Origin: Chloroflexota bacterium
GTDB taxonomy: Bacteria > Chloroflexota > UBA11872 > VXNJ01
NCBI GenBank assembly: GCA_965203015.1
Contig: CBDBBM010000012.1
Coordinates: 139,445 to 203,444, forward strand
DNA: 64,000 nt
Reading direction: 5' to 3'
Shown here: positions 10,021-22,649 of the stretch, one piece after another
Position numbering within the stretch: the first letter of the stretch is position 1
Layout: each line of letters starts with the position of its first letter
Notes under the pieces: generated by a model
Databases searched by the model: none
What the model saw: only the letters and a program-made list of their open reading frames with translations
Told to the model about the DNA's origin: nothing
Program-made: the position numbers and the translations under genes

Positions 10021-10718
10021 GCGGTCACTGCCGACGGGCAGATTTCGGCCAGCGAACACTCCCCGCAGAGCGCCCGGCGCGCCTTGCAGACCGACCGCCC
10101 GTGCAGGATCAGGGCGTGCCCGAAAAACACCCATTCGGGTTGATCGACCAGCACCATCAGATCCCGTTCGATCCCCGGTGCGTCGGACTTGGCGGTCAGT
10201 CCCAGGCGCTGCGACAGCCGGCTCACGTGGGTGTCCACGACAACGCCGGCGGCGATCCCGAATGCGGTCCCCAGCACGACGTTGGCGGTCTTGCGGGCCA
10301 CCCCGCGCAGGGTCAGCAGCTCTTCCATGGTCTGCGGCAGCCGGCCGTCGAACTCCTCGACGAGCGCGATCGCCGACTCCTTTATCGCGCGCGCCTTGTT
10401 GCGGAAGAACCCGGTGCGGCGCACCAGCTCTTCGATTTCGGAAATGTCGGCCTCGGCAAAGCTCTGCGGGCTGGGGAATCGGGCGAACAGGGCCGGCGTT
10501 TCGGCGTTGACCCTTTCGTCGGTGCACTGGGCCGACAGGATGGTCGCGACCAGCAGTTCCCAGGGACTGGAGTAGGTCAGCGCGCAGTCGGCGTCAGGGT
10601 ATCCGGCATGGAGCCGGCCGACGATTTCCGCAGTCCGCGCCGCGCGCTTGGCGCGGCTTTCGCGCCAGCGGCGGATCTTGAATTTGGGCGATCCCCGGCT
10701 TCTTAGGCGGACGGCCAC
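10017..10718 (-). CDS. nth: Endonuclease III
   Basis: LVATILSAQCTD, HhH LRGVARKTANVVL, VDTHV, C-terminal 4Fe-4S cysteines. Confidence 0.96.
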   Translation of the reverse strand: MAVRLRSRGSPKFKIRRWRESRAKRAARTAEIVGRLHAGYPDADCALTYSSPWELLVATILSAQCTDERVNAETPALFARFPSPQSFAEADISEIEELVRRTGFFRNKARAIKESAIALVEEFDGRLPQTMEELLTLRGVARKTANVVLGTAFGIAAGVVVDTHVSRLSQRLGLTAKSDAPGIERDLMVLVDQPEWVFFGHALILHGRSVCKARRALCGECSLAEICPSAVTA

Positions 10719-10934
10719 GGCCGATCAGCGATCCCTGCTGGGGAATGGCGGTCGGCGAATCCGGCCGGGCGCCGAACCGCTGCACGGTGCGGCCATCGCG
10801 ACTTTCGAGTCCGGTTTCATCACTACCGATTCTGCCCACATGGTTGACGGTGACCGGGATTTTGCGCCCGCGGGCGGCGACGCCGGCTCCGGCGGCGATC
10901 GGCGGCGCGCAACGTTCAGCGGGCCGAATCGGCC

Positions 10935-11190
10935 GGGTCGATTGGGACCAACCCGGGGACGTGTTCGAAGTGACGGTCCGCGGTCACCGGATCGGCGCCG
11001 TACTCCAGCGTTGCGCGGCGATCCAGATGTCGCTGACCGGAATCGGACCGCCCGCCGCCCGCGGCTGCGACGCGATCCGTCCGTAGCGGTCGGCCGCAAT
11101 TGGCCGCCCGGGCAATCGGGTTGGTGCCCGGGTTTCTGACAAACCGGCGCCCCGCCGGAGGAATGTGAGCGCGGCCTGGTTAAACGAGAT
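10935..11190 (-). pseudogene. Degenerate VapC/PIN toxin remnant
   Basis: ADRYGRIASQPRAAGGPIPVSDIWIAAQ then, after a frameshift, LEYGADPVTADRHFEHVPGL; N-terminal half largely missing. Confidence 0.7.
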
Positions 11191-11396
11191 CTGCGCGCGC
11201 AGCCAGGCGCCGGACGGCGCTTGCCGGGTCGGCGCCGAATCCGCGCACGGTGAGCCGGTTTTGCACCGGTGCACCATCAACGAGTCATAGCCAGGCATCG
11301 CAGCGGCGCTCAAAGCCCGCATCCGACCATTGGAAGAGCGGGTTCATTGCGATTACCCTAAGCCTGCGAGGCAACTGCGGTCTCGCCGTCGGCCGG

Positions 11397-12315
11397 ATGC
11401 GGAATTCCGACCGGACCAGTGCAGCAATTGACGGGATTTACTCCGTGGCGCGATGGACGTTCGAGCGAATCGGTGGCCAATACTCCTTCACCGAGGGGCC
11501 CCAGTGGACCGGCGAGCTGTTGCTCTTCACCGACATGTACAACCACCGGATCATTTCCTATGACCCCCGAATCAGGGCGGGTAGCGCGCTACCACCAGGG
11601 CACCAATCTGACCAACGGCCTGCTGTTTTCGGCCAGCGGAGACCTGTACTGCTGCGAGGTGGCGGCCAGATGCCTGTCGCGGCTGCGGGACGGGCGTCGC
11701 CAGGTCCTGGCCGACAACTTTGGCGGCGATCGCCTCAATTCGCCCAACGACGTGACCGAGGATTCACGCGGCCGGATCTGGTTCACCGACCCGCGCTACG
11801 GGGAAAACCGCGCCGACATGGAGCTCGACCATGAATCGGTGTACCGGCTGGACCCGGATTCGGGAACCCTGACGCGGGCAACGTTCGACACCACCCGCCC
11901 CAACGGGCTGCTGTTCTCGCCCGACGAAAAAACGCTGTACGTCGTCCAGAGCGATTACGGCGAAGGCGCGGACCGCGAACTCCGTGCCTACCCGGTCGGC
12001 GAGGACGGGTCGCTGGGGACCTACCGGGTGCTGCACACCTTTTTTCCGTCACGTGGGGCCGACGGCCTGACCCTGACCGCCGAGGGCCACGTGCTGGCCG
12101 CGGCCGGCTGGTCGGTAAACGGGCCCGGCCCGATGATCTACGTGTTCGATCCCAGCGGGCGTGTCCTGGAGACCCAGCCCACGCCGCCCGGTTTCCCCAC
12201 CAACCTTTGCTTTGGCGGCCCCGACTTTTCCGACCTGTACGTGACCATGGGCGAGGCCGGGGTGTTCCGGGTCCGCGACTGCGGCTACCAAGGGCATGAC
12301 CGCTACCGCCGCTAG
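11397..12315 (+). CDS. SMP-30/gluconolactonase family protein (apparent frameshift in C5 run ~11565)
   Basis: FTEGPQW, NGL, NSPND, WFTDP, PNGLLFSPD, DGL, TNLCFGG. Confidence 0.88.
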
Positions 12316-12346
12316 CCGGGAGCGGGTTCGGCGGACTGCTGGTCGA

Positions 12347-12422
<76 letters not shown>

Positions 12423-13936
12423 AAGCCAGTATAGAAAGGCCCGCCGGCTGCTGGCTGCCGCGCCGCAACGCGGCCAGATTGAACTAGGAGCCTGCGCCAC
12501 AGGAATCGCGACTTGGCCCCACCGACCGGATGACCGTCGATTTTTCCGGCACGATCCGGCGCGGCGGCGCGGACGCCGGCGGCGGTTGGGTCCGCTGAAA
12601 CGCCGATCGGGCGTTCTCCGGCCCGATTTGGCCCGACCCCTTCGCAACATGTAGGGATTTCCGCGGACGCCTCATGCGCGGGACGCACTCATCCGGCGGG
12701 CGTTCAGCGCCAGACACACCAGGAACCACTCGTCCCTGACGTTGGCCAGCCCGCGGAAGCTGAAGCGCCTGAAGCCCAATACCTGCTTGATCCAGCCGAA
12801 CGGGGGTTCCGGCGATGTGCTTGCGGCCCGCGTACATGCGCCTGCCCGCCGGGGTTCCCAGCTTCGCCGCCATCCGCCGGCGGGCGGGGGCGAGCTGCTC
12901 CCGGGGCTTCCTGCCCTCCCGGCCCAGCGATACGTAGGCGTCAATCTCCAGGCTCTCGAGCTTTATGAAGTCGTCCTCGGCGGCGTAGCCGGCGTCGGCC
13001 AGGACGATGGCGGGGCGGCGGCCGACGTTTCCCTCGGCCTGAGAGATCATCGGCAGGAGCTGCCCGGCGTCGGAGGATTGGGCCGAGACGTCGGCGGCCA
13101 CGATCAGGCGCGATTCCGAGTCCACCGCGGCCTGGGCGTTGTAGGCCTGCTGGAAGCCCTCGGTGGAGGTGTTCATGATGCAGCTCTCGGGATCGGTGAA
13201 GTTGTGCTGGGCCTTCGGATCGGGCTCCCCGTAGGCGCGCTTGTAGGCGCTGCCGCCCCTGGGGTTGCGCCGCTGGCCTATCTGGCGGCCGCGCTTGTCG
13301 TCAAACCTGCGGGCCTGCATCTCCAGGCGGGCCTTGGCCTGCTCGATCTTCCGCAGCCGGCTCCGGCGGCGCCTGAGCTCGCGGGGCGTGTCGTCGCCGT
13401 CCGAGTCCTCCCCGTAGCGTTCGTCCTCTTCGGCGTCGGCCCGCTCGGCCCGCTCCAGCAGGTCTGAGATCCCCTCGCGCAGGCGCTGCTCCTCCTTCTG
13501 CATGCGCCCATACGTCATCGCCTTGCGCTTGGAGGCTGCGGCCTTCACCCGGCTGGCGTCCACGGCCAGGGTGCCCAGGCTGGTCAGCCCCATCTCGCCC
13601 GCGATCCTCAGCACCTGTACGAACAGGTCCCTGAAGTCGGCCAGGTGGCGGCGCCGGAACTCGCAGATGGTGCGGTGGGCGGGCAATTGGTCGGAGGCGG
13701 CCAGGAAGCGGAAGGCGATGTCACGGCGCAGGCGTTCGGCGATCCGGCGCGAGGAGAAGACCCCGACCGTATAGCCGTACAGGAGCACCTTGACCATCAT
13801 CCGGGGTTCGTAGGGCCGGTTGCGGCGCCCGTCGCCCTCGTAGGGGGCGTAGAAGGCGTCAAGATCCATGCTGTCGACCAGGTCGGATATCTGGTGGGCC
13901 AGGTCGCCCTCCGGCAGCCAGTCCCTCGTATCTTGA

Positions 13937-15192
<1,256 letters not shown>

Positions 15193-15391
15193 ACCCGTAG
15201 GCGGGTCCCTGCTGCGGCCCCGGTCGGCAGCGACCGCGGCAAGGTCCCTGGCGAAGCCGTATCCCGGATCCGGCAGCGCCCGCGGATCGGGCCGATCGGC
15301 GCCATCGATGCGGCCGAAAAGGTTGCGATCGGCGCCCGATCTTCCCCGCTCCTTCCTCCCCCGGCCCCCTCAAACCTCACCCCATCCGGAC

Positions 15392-15397
15392 TTGACA
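15392..15397 (+). promoter_or_regulatory. -35 box (TTGACA) of the IS110 circle-junction promoter; -10 TATCTT at 13929-13934
   Basis: Joining the ends at one CT gives TTGACA-17 nt-TATCTT. Confidence 0.8.
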
Positions 15398-15583
15398 ATT
15401 AAGACAATTGCTAAGGTCCGGGCGGCATCATCATGGGCTGGTTCGGATGGTACGGGCGGAAGGTGGTGGGCACGGGGACCGGCCTGGCGCAGAATTACGG
15501 GTGCAAACGAGCTTTCTCATTCTCGCCGCATTGACCAGAAATCCTGCCCGTTACTCCTTGGGATTTTTCTGCGGCGCAGGCTC

Positions 15584-15868
15584 CTAGGCTACATGCGCCT
15601 TGCGCAGCTCGGCCACGTGCGAGCGGACGTTCTTGGCCAGCTGCTCGTCGCTTTCGGCCTCGACCGACATCTGGATGAAGTCCTCAGAGGAAAGCTGCAG
15701 CTGCGCCAGCACGCGTCGGTCGATGGGGCAGGGGTAGATGTACTCGTCGATGTACCCGCCGGCGAAAGCCTTGGCCTTGTCGGACATGCGGGCGATCCAG
15801 GGCACGCCGTCGACGGTCACGTCGCGGGCCCGGGGGCGGAACGGGCGCTCGATTGGCGGTTGGGACAT
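15584..15868 (-). CDS. DUF5069-like protein
   Basis: RPRARDVTVDGVPWIARMSDKAKA...EYIYPCPIDRRVL. Confidence 0.75.
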   Translation of the reverse strand: MSQPPIERPFRPRARDVTVDGVPWIARMSDKAKAFAGGYIDEYIYPCPIDRRVLAQLQLSSEDFIQMSVEAESDEQLAKNVRSHVAELRKAHVA

Positions 15869-15947
15869 GGGCGGCTCCCGTCTGGCGGCCGGCATCCTGG
15901 CCGGCGTTTTTCGATTCTACGGGCAATCCCCGGGCGGGCAGGCCGGG

Positions 15948-16904
15948 TCAGCGACGGTCCAGCCCCATCTCGTGGGCCAGCTCGCTTAGCTCCTGGGGCC
16001 GGGCCACCGGTTCGGCGAGCGCGGCCACGACCGACTGCCAGCGGCGCGGGCTGATATCGGCACCGTCGGCGCGGGCGCGGTCGAGTCGCTCGAGCAGCGC
16101 CAGCAGCGCCAGGAAGCGGTGGATTCCGATGAGTTCTTGCCGATAGCCGCCGCCGCCCAGGAAATCGAACAGGTCAATCAGGGTGATCACCAGTTCGCCG
16201 GTGATCGCGCAGACGTATTCCCGGCCGGCCCCGCGCGCGCCGCTGGCGATCAGGTACGAGGCGAGCCGTCGTTCGACCCACTCGGCCCCCAGCACCGAGA
16301 AGTCGATGACCGTCACCGACTCGCCATCGGTCACCAGGTTGCTGGCCGAGCAGTCCAGCGAGCCGTAGTTCCAGGATCCCTGCCAGGCGATTTCGTAGAT
16401 CGGCCGCAGCAGATCTTCGGCGTCGTACAGGTCGGGGTTGACCAGCCGGCAGGCGCGGGCGTTGCGGAGCAGGTCCTCCTCGTCGCGGCGGCGCAGGTGG
16501 TCGACCATGACCTGGTCGGATTCTTCGCGCGGCCCCGAAATCTGGGCGAAAACAAGTTCCACCGCGATGAGGGCGCGCAGGGCGAGTTCGACCAGCGGGT
16601 CGTCGGGACGGGCGCTGATGACCTGGTCCAGCGTGCGGTCCCCGTGCCAGCTGAGCAGCAGTCCCGGCGCCCGGTCGTCGGCGGCCAGCACCCGGGGCGC
16701 GGGGGCGTCGAACCGTTCCAGCTGGCGCAGGGTCTCGCGTTCGGTGCGGTAGGCGGTCTGGTCGGGACCGTAGAGCTTGAGGACCCAGCGCCGGCCTTTT
16801 CCGTCCTCGGCCAGGAAGGTCCCGGCGCCCTCGTCGCGCTCGGTGATGGGGCGCGCGGTGAGCGGGCGCTCGGCCAGGTCCGAGGCCAGTTGCGAAGGGT
16901 TCAT
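15948..16904 (-). CDS. APH/choline-kinase-like phosphotransferase
   Basis: WVLKLY, E..TL, APRVLA, DCSASNLV, VIDFS. Confidence 0.65.
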   Translation of the reverse strand: MNPSQLASDLAERPLTARPITERDEGAGTFLAEDGKGRRWVLKLYGPDQTAYRTERETLRQLERFDAPAPRVLAADDRAPGLLLSWHGDRTLDQVISARPDDPLVELALRALIAVELVFAQISGPREESDQVMVDHLRRRDEEDLLRNARACRLVNPDLYDAEDLLRPIYEIAWQGSWNYGSLDCSASNLVTDGESVTVIDFSVLGAEWVERRLASYLIASGARGAGREYVCAITGELVITLIDLFDFLGGGGYRQELIGIHRFLALLALLERLDRARADGADISPRRWQSVVAALAEPVARPQELSELAHEMGLDRR

Positions 16905-17584
16905 GGCGCGGCCTCCTCGAATTCGTACTTGACGTTAACGCGGGCGCAGGACCGGGTGCTGAACCCCAGCGCGTCGGCCACGTCCTCGGGCCGGCAGAGG
17001 GTCCCCTCGCCGATGGCGATTTCGACCTCGAAACCGTCGTGGCCATGCGCTTCCAGGCCCCGCACCGCCTTGCGGATGTCGATGCTGCGCTCCCTGCCGG
17101 GGCCGCGCCGGACCGTGGCGGGCGCCGACTCCAGGGCCAGGAACCGCTCGATCGACGACGCCAGACCGGGCGCCGGTTCCCTCAGCAGGACCCGGTAACG
17201 GTAGGCGCGTGCGGCCGCCATCGGCGAACGCCGTCCGGCAACCGAGGGGTCTTCGCCCACGATGCGCAGTCCGTCGGGGCAGGCCCTGCCCAGCGGTCCG
17301 GCCAGGTCCTCGGGTCCCGGTTCGGAGAGTTCCACGTCGACTATTTCGCCGTGTCCGCAGTGCCCCACCGGGAGCGGCGGCCCGAATCGCAGGCGCGGCT
17401 TGGGGGAAAACCCCTGGCTGTAGGCCAGCGGGGCGTTTATCCGGCGCAGGGCCCGCACGAACGCGGTGATCAGGTCGTTGTGGGGCAGATAGCGGGCCGG
17501 ACCGGTCTTGTCGAACCGCAATCGCCGCGTGTACCGGGCGCCCGGACCGGCGATCTGCGGCTCCGGGCCGGATCGCTCAGCCAA
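16901..17584 (-). CDS. TIGR03936/DUF2344 radical SAM-associated protein
   Basis: RLRFDKTGPARYLPHNDL..RALRR..YSQGFSPKPRLRFGPPLPVG. Confidence 0.88.
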   Translation of the reverse strand: MAERSGPEPQIAGPGARYTRRLRFDKTGPARYLPHNDLITAFVRALRRINAPLAYSQGFSPKPRLRFGPPLPVGHCGHGEIVDVELSEPGPEDLAGPLGRACPDGLRIVGEDPSVAGRRSPMAAARAYRYRVLLREPAPGLASSIERFLALESAPATVRRGPGRERSIDIRKAVRGLEAHGHDGFEVEIAIGEGTLCRPEDVADALGFSTRSCARVNVKYEFEEAAP

Positions 17585-17634
17585 CCCGGGACGCCCCGGG
17601 CGTTAGCGGATAATCCCGCCGGGAGGCTTGCTGC

Positions 17635-18171
17635 ATGCGAACGCTGGTTCTCAATCAGGACTATCAGCCGCTAAACATCTGTTCCGACCGGCGCGCGTAC
17701 GTGCTGGTCGACCGCGGCAAGGCCGACCTCGTGTCCGAACACCGGCAGCGGTTCCGGCTGTTTGAGAGCTCCCTGGCGCGGCCCTCGGTCATTCGGATGC
17801 GCTACTATGTCCGCCGCCCCCCGCCGGGCGCCAAGCTGGGCCGCCGCGAACTCTTCGCCCGCGATGACCACACCTGTCAGTACTGCGGCGCACGCGAGGC
17901 CGAATTCACCGTCGACCACGTGCTGCCCAAGCGCCTGGGCGGCCCGGGCACCTGGGAAAACCTGGTGACCAGCTGCCGGCGCTGCAATCTGCGCAAGGGC
18001 GGCAAGACGCTCTCCCAGGCCGGCATGCGGCTGCGGAGCAGGCCCCAGCGGCCGCTCATATCGATGCACCGGATGGTCCAGCTCAAGGCCGCCGGGCGCG
18101 AGGAGCCGGGCTGGCGCCAGTTCCTCTATCCGGGGAGTTTTGCCGCCAAGCTGGAGCAGAGCGCGGTCTGA
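17635..18171 (+). CDS. HNH endonuclease
   Basis: LVLNQDYQPL, RDDHTCQYCG, TVDHVLP, WENLVTSCRRCNLRKG. Confidence 0.92.
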   Translation: MRTLVLNQDYQPLNICSDRRAYVLVDRGKADLVSEHRQRFRLFESSLARPSVIRMRYYVRRPPPGAKLGRRELFARDDHTCQYCGAREAEFTVDHVLPKRLGGPGTWENLVTSCRRCNLRKGGKTLSQAGMRLRSRPQRPLISMHRMVQLKAAGREEPGWRQFLYPGSFAAKLEQSAV

Positions 18172-18209
18172 CCGCGCCCCGATTCCGGGCCCGACCGGGC
18201 CGGAAACGG

Positions 18210-18455
18210 CTAGTTCGCCGACTTACTCTCGCTGGATTCGGCCGGCGCCGCGCCTGAAGCGCCCGCGTCGGCACTGGCGGCCATGTCGTCTGATTCCTCG
18301 CCCTCTGCCTCGTTCTCCTCGGGCCGGGCTTCTTCGCGGAACTCGCGGATGCTACGGCCGAGCGCCCCGCCGATTCCCGAGATCTTGCCGACCCCGAACA
18401 CGACCAGGACGATCGCAAGGATTATGAGGAGCTCGAGCGGCCCTACCGATGGCAC
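18210..18455 (-). CDS. tatA: Twin-arginine translocase subunit TatA
   Basis: GPLELLIILAIVLVVFGVGKI..GGALGRSIREFR. Confidence 0.93.
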   Translation of the reverse strand: MPSVGPLELLIILAIVLVVFGVGKISGIGGALGRSIREFREEARPEENEAEGEESDDMAASADAGASGAAPAESSESKSAN

Positions 18456-18557
18456 GTGTTGACCCTTACTGCTAGGTGGTCCCGCCCACCGCATGAAGCC
18501 GCGAAGCCGGGGGCGGGCACGAATATTCTAAAAATTTGCCGCAAATCGCGGTTCCGG

Positions 18558-19194
18558 TCAGTCGGCCGATCCGGCCCGGAGGTAATTCTGCGAGCGCTGG
18601 TAGTTTTCCTCCGAGATCCAGCCGCGCGACATGTAGTAGTTCAGGATCCGCCGCAGGTGCAGGATGCCTGAACAGGTTCACCTCGGCGCCGCCGCGCCGG
18701 GTATCGCTCTCGCGCTCCCGGTCGATCAGCACCGCGGCGTCGGTGACCCTCAGGTCCACCGAACGCAGCGCCAGGGCGGTCGCCGAGATGGATCCCCCGG
18801 AGGTGACCAGGTCGTCGACGATCAGGACCGCCTGGCCGGGCAGGTAGCGGCCTTCGATGCGCGAGCGGCCGGAGGGATTGGGGTTTACATAAATCAGCGG
18901 CGTGCCGCTTTCCAGCGACATCGCGGTGGCCAGGTTGAGCCCGCCCAGCGGGACGCCCGCGATCAGGTCGAACGAACCGCACTGGGGGCGGCGGAGCTGC
19001 TGCCGCGAGCGGATTTCCCCCAGCATCACGTGGGCCGCCGCGCGCAGCGCCTCGGGATTTGAGCAGAGCACCTTCGGGTTGATGTAGACCGGCGAGTTGA
19101 CGGTCGAGCGGCCCAGCGTGAAGCTGCCGAACTCGATGCCGCCCAACTCGTAAATGGTCTGCGCCAGCGCCAAGACCTCGGACTCGTTGCTCAA
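18558..19194 (-). CDS. pyrE: Orotate phosphoribosyltransferase-like protein (apparent frameshift ~18668)
   Basis: FGSFTL..SPVYIN, LIVDDLVTSGGS; C-terminus ILHLRRILNYYMSRGWISEENYQR in shifted frame, stop 18558. Confidence 0.75.
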
Positions 19195-19505
19195 ATTGGC
19201 GTCCTGATCTCTCGTTCGCGCAATTCCGGCCGATCCGGGCGCGCATGTGGCACCCAATTCTTGCCGACTCCGAGCAGATTTGATCGGTCGGGCACCCTGT
19301 TTCTGCTCCGGGCCTTCAGTGCGGACGTAGCAAATTCGGCGCTTATCGGGAATCAAAAAGGGAATTTGGAGGTGTTGTCAACAATGTACGTGTGGTGCAT
19401 TCCCGTCTGATCTACACCGGTTGAAGCACCTCGACCCCCAACCTCTCTCTTCTTTTGCACCTTCATTCCGGCCATTCGGCCTAACTCCACAGGCCTGCAG
19501 CCCGC

Positions 19506-22320
19506 GTGAGGCCCGGCATCACTCGCGCCCTCCGCGGCATCCGCCACGGCGCGATACTGCTCCCCCTGTTGGGCGCCGCGCTGTTCTGGGTATTGCTCCT
19601 CCACGGTTCCGCGCCCACGGCCGAGGCGCAGGCGCCTCCCGCAGCCGGCGCCCGCCCAGATAGTCAAACTGCACTTGGGCGCCTACCTGTTCTGGCACGA
19701 GTCTTCCGGGGCGGATGGCTACGAGATTCAGACCCGCTCCCAGTCGGGCGGCACGTGGGGAAGCTGGTCCAGCAACAGCTACACCGGCACCACTCAACCG
19801 GCAACCGTGACCGGCCTGTCCGCAGGGACCAAGTACCAGTGGAGGGTACGGGCCACCAGCGGCAGTGAGCAGAGCGAATGGTCCACGCACAGCGACGACG
19901 ATGCCCCTGCCTACAACTGGACGGCCGAGTCCTTCGGGCGGAACATTGCCAACCCGGCGGTGCTGCAGTCGGCTGAAGCCGGCGACCCGGGGGAGGTCAC
20001 GGTGACGTGGACCCACGGCCCTGCGCGCTCCGGCGCCACCATCACCGGCTGGAGGGTGGGGCTACCGGCTGTTCTCCGAGCCGGTCAATCAGGCCCGGGA
20101 GACAAGCCCGCTGCCCGCCTCCGCGACCACGGCAACCGTCACGGGCCTCACCGGAGGCGAGCAGTACGAGTTCTGGGTGCGGCCATACGTTGGAGGCGTT
20201 CCGGGACGAACGTCCAATGCCCTGGAAGCAACTCCGACGACGACGACCACCCTTGTACCTACCCCTACTCCTGTGCCCACGCAGTCGTCGGACGCAACGC
20301 TGCAGGCGCTGTCGGTCTCGGCGGGAAGCATCTCGCCGGCCTTCTCCTCCACCGCCCTACGCCTACACCGTCGGCGTGGCCGCTGGGGTCACGAGCACCA
20401 CGGTGACACCCACGGTCAACCACTCCGCCGCAACCGTCACCGTCAACGGAACGATGGTCGCCAGCGGCAATCCCAGCGCCTCCATCGCCCTGACGGTGGG
20501 CGCCAATGCGATCACCGTGCAGGTCACGGCGGAGAACGGCGGTACCCAGAACTACATCGTCACCATCACGCGGCGATCGGGTAACGCCGACCTGTCGGGG
20601 CTGTTGGCCAGTACCGCCACCAGCCAAACGGCCACCTACTCAGGCCAGACCCTGACCCCGGCTTGCGCCGCCGGCACCACGGCCTACGGGGCCACGGTCG
20701 GCAACGCCAGGACCCACGCCAGGGTGACGCCCACGGTGGCGGACCCCAACGCCACGGTGCGGGTGGGCAAGCGGGGCGGCACCCCGGCCACGGTGACCAG
20801 CGGCACCGCCAGCGCCCCCAACCGCCCTGAACGTGGGCGCCAACGAGATCGTAGTGCGGGTCACGGCGCAGGACACGTCGATCACCCGGGACTACACCGT
20901 CACCATCACTCGGCAACCGCGCAGCGCCGTGGACGGCACCCCTCCCGCCCCCTCCGGTCTGACGATCACGCCCTGCCCCGCACTGCCTGAGCGCGACCTG
21001 GACCGCGCCGGCGGTTTCGGTGGACGGTTACGACGTGCACTACACCACCAAGTCGGCCTCCGACCTGGCCGACGACGCCGAGATCGGTTACTACCAGCAC
21101 CCGCGCGTGGGCCGGATCATCAACCGGCACCCGGGCCGGGGCTGGGTGGCGCTCCCCACCACCCACAAGGAGCCCAAGTACGGCATGGGCTACCTGCAGC
21201 CCGGCCAGGAATACCGGGTGCGGGTGCGGGCGTACAACAGCGACGGCGCCGGCCCGTGGGCGGTGGGCAAGGGCACGCCGTTGCAGGCGCGACGCACCGT
21301 GACCCTGTCGGCCTCGGCCGAGCGGGTCCGCGAGGGCGACCCGGTGACCATCACCGCCACGGTGCGCTACAACGGCCGGCCCACGCCCATCCAGGAGGGC
21401 ATGGACGTCCCTGCTCAAAACCCACCTGGGCACGGCCGAGGCCGGCGACCTGGGCGCCCTGCAGCAGATCAGCATCGGCAAGTACACCGCCAGCGCCTCG
21501 GCCACCATCCAGACCAACCGAGACAGCGACAGCGACGACGAGACCTTCGCGGTCCTGATCCGCCAGATCCCCAAACGCAACCTGGCGCGGGCGGGCGACC
21601 CGGACATCGTCTGGGTGACCATCACCGAGGGCGACCCGGCCCCGCCCGAGCCGGTGACCGCCCGTGAATCAGGGCAGGCCCCCACGGTGATCGGCGCGGC
21701 TGCCCCACCGGAGCAGGAGGCGCCGGCCGCACCCCCCACCGCCGTGACCCTGTCCCTGGACGCGCTCACCGTCAGCGAGGGCGCCGGCCCCCGCCGGCGG
21801 CATCGGCGGGTTCCTGCTGGCGGGCCCCGACGGCACGGCCTCCCCGGGCGTCGACTACTCCATGCCGCTGGAGATCTTCATCCCGGGCGGACAGCGGTCC
21901 GGTACGGCCACCATCTCGATCACCGACGACGCGGTGGCCGAAGCCTCCGAAACGATCGTGATCTCGGCGCTGTTCGAACTGGGCACTACCGTCCTGGAGG
22001 ACACGATAACGCTCACCATCGGCGGCGACGACACCACCACCGCAAACCAGCCTGCCTCGGACGAGGAACCGGCCACCAATACGGTCGCCGCCACGGGTCC
22101 CGACGACAATCCGGTCACCGATACCCCCACCGACACCCTCGAGGTGAGCGACCCAGTCCCGGAGACAACGCTCCCCGGCATCGCGGCCCGCTACGACGCC
22201 GAAGGCGACGGGGCGATCGAAGGGTCCGACTACCAGCAGGTCAAGCACGACTGGATCTCGGGCAAGATCAGCTACGAGGAGTTCCTGGAGGTAGTCAGGG
22301 TCCACATCAGATCCGCCTGA
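19506..22320 (+). pseudogene. Large secreted adhesin-like protein (FN3 x3, cadherin-like beta-sandwich x2, Calx-beta-like, EF-hand/dockerin-like tail), fragmented by many frameshifts
   Basis: VTGLSAGTKYQWRVRA, VTGLTGGEQYEFWVR, LQPGQEYRVRVRAYN; DATLQALSVS..VGANAITVQVTAENG; YDAEGDGAIEGSDY. Confidence 0.75.
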
Positions 22321-22501
22321 TCCGCCCGCTCATCGACTCCCCGGCTCCTCTCCCGCCGGCCGCGGAGCAGCGGCTCTCCACCCTCACTCGAGTTGCGCGA
22401 GGCGTGCCCGGCCCCGATTCGTGAGGGTCAACCCACGCTGTTGCCTTGGGCGGCGCTCCCTGGCCCCCCAGTTGCACAACCGGGCTGCATGAAATAATCG
22501 A

Positions 22502-22510
22502 CCCCCCCCC
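22502..22510. repeat. C9 homopolymer upstream of the methyltransferase gene
   Basis: Direct count. Confidence 0.8.
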
Positions 22511-22649
22511 GTGCAGGTGAACGCGCGTGGCGGATCTATCTCTGTTTCGAACAGGGCGCGTAGGTATCTCTCCGAGGCTTTACGATCCCATTGCTGATGG
22601 TCGAATTGAGCGGCGAACAGTTCAAATGCACGACTGAGACCAAGCTCCG

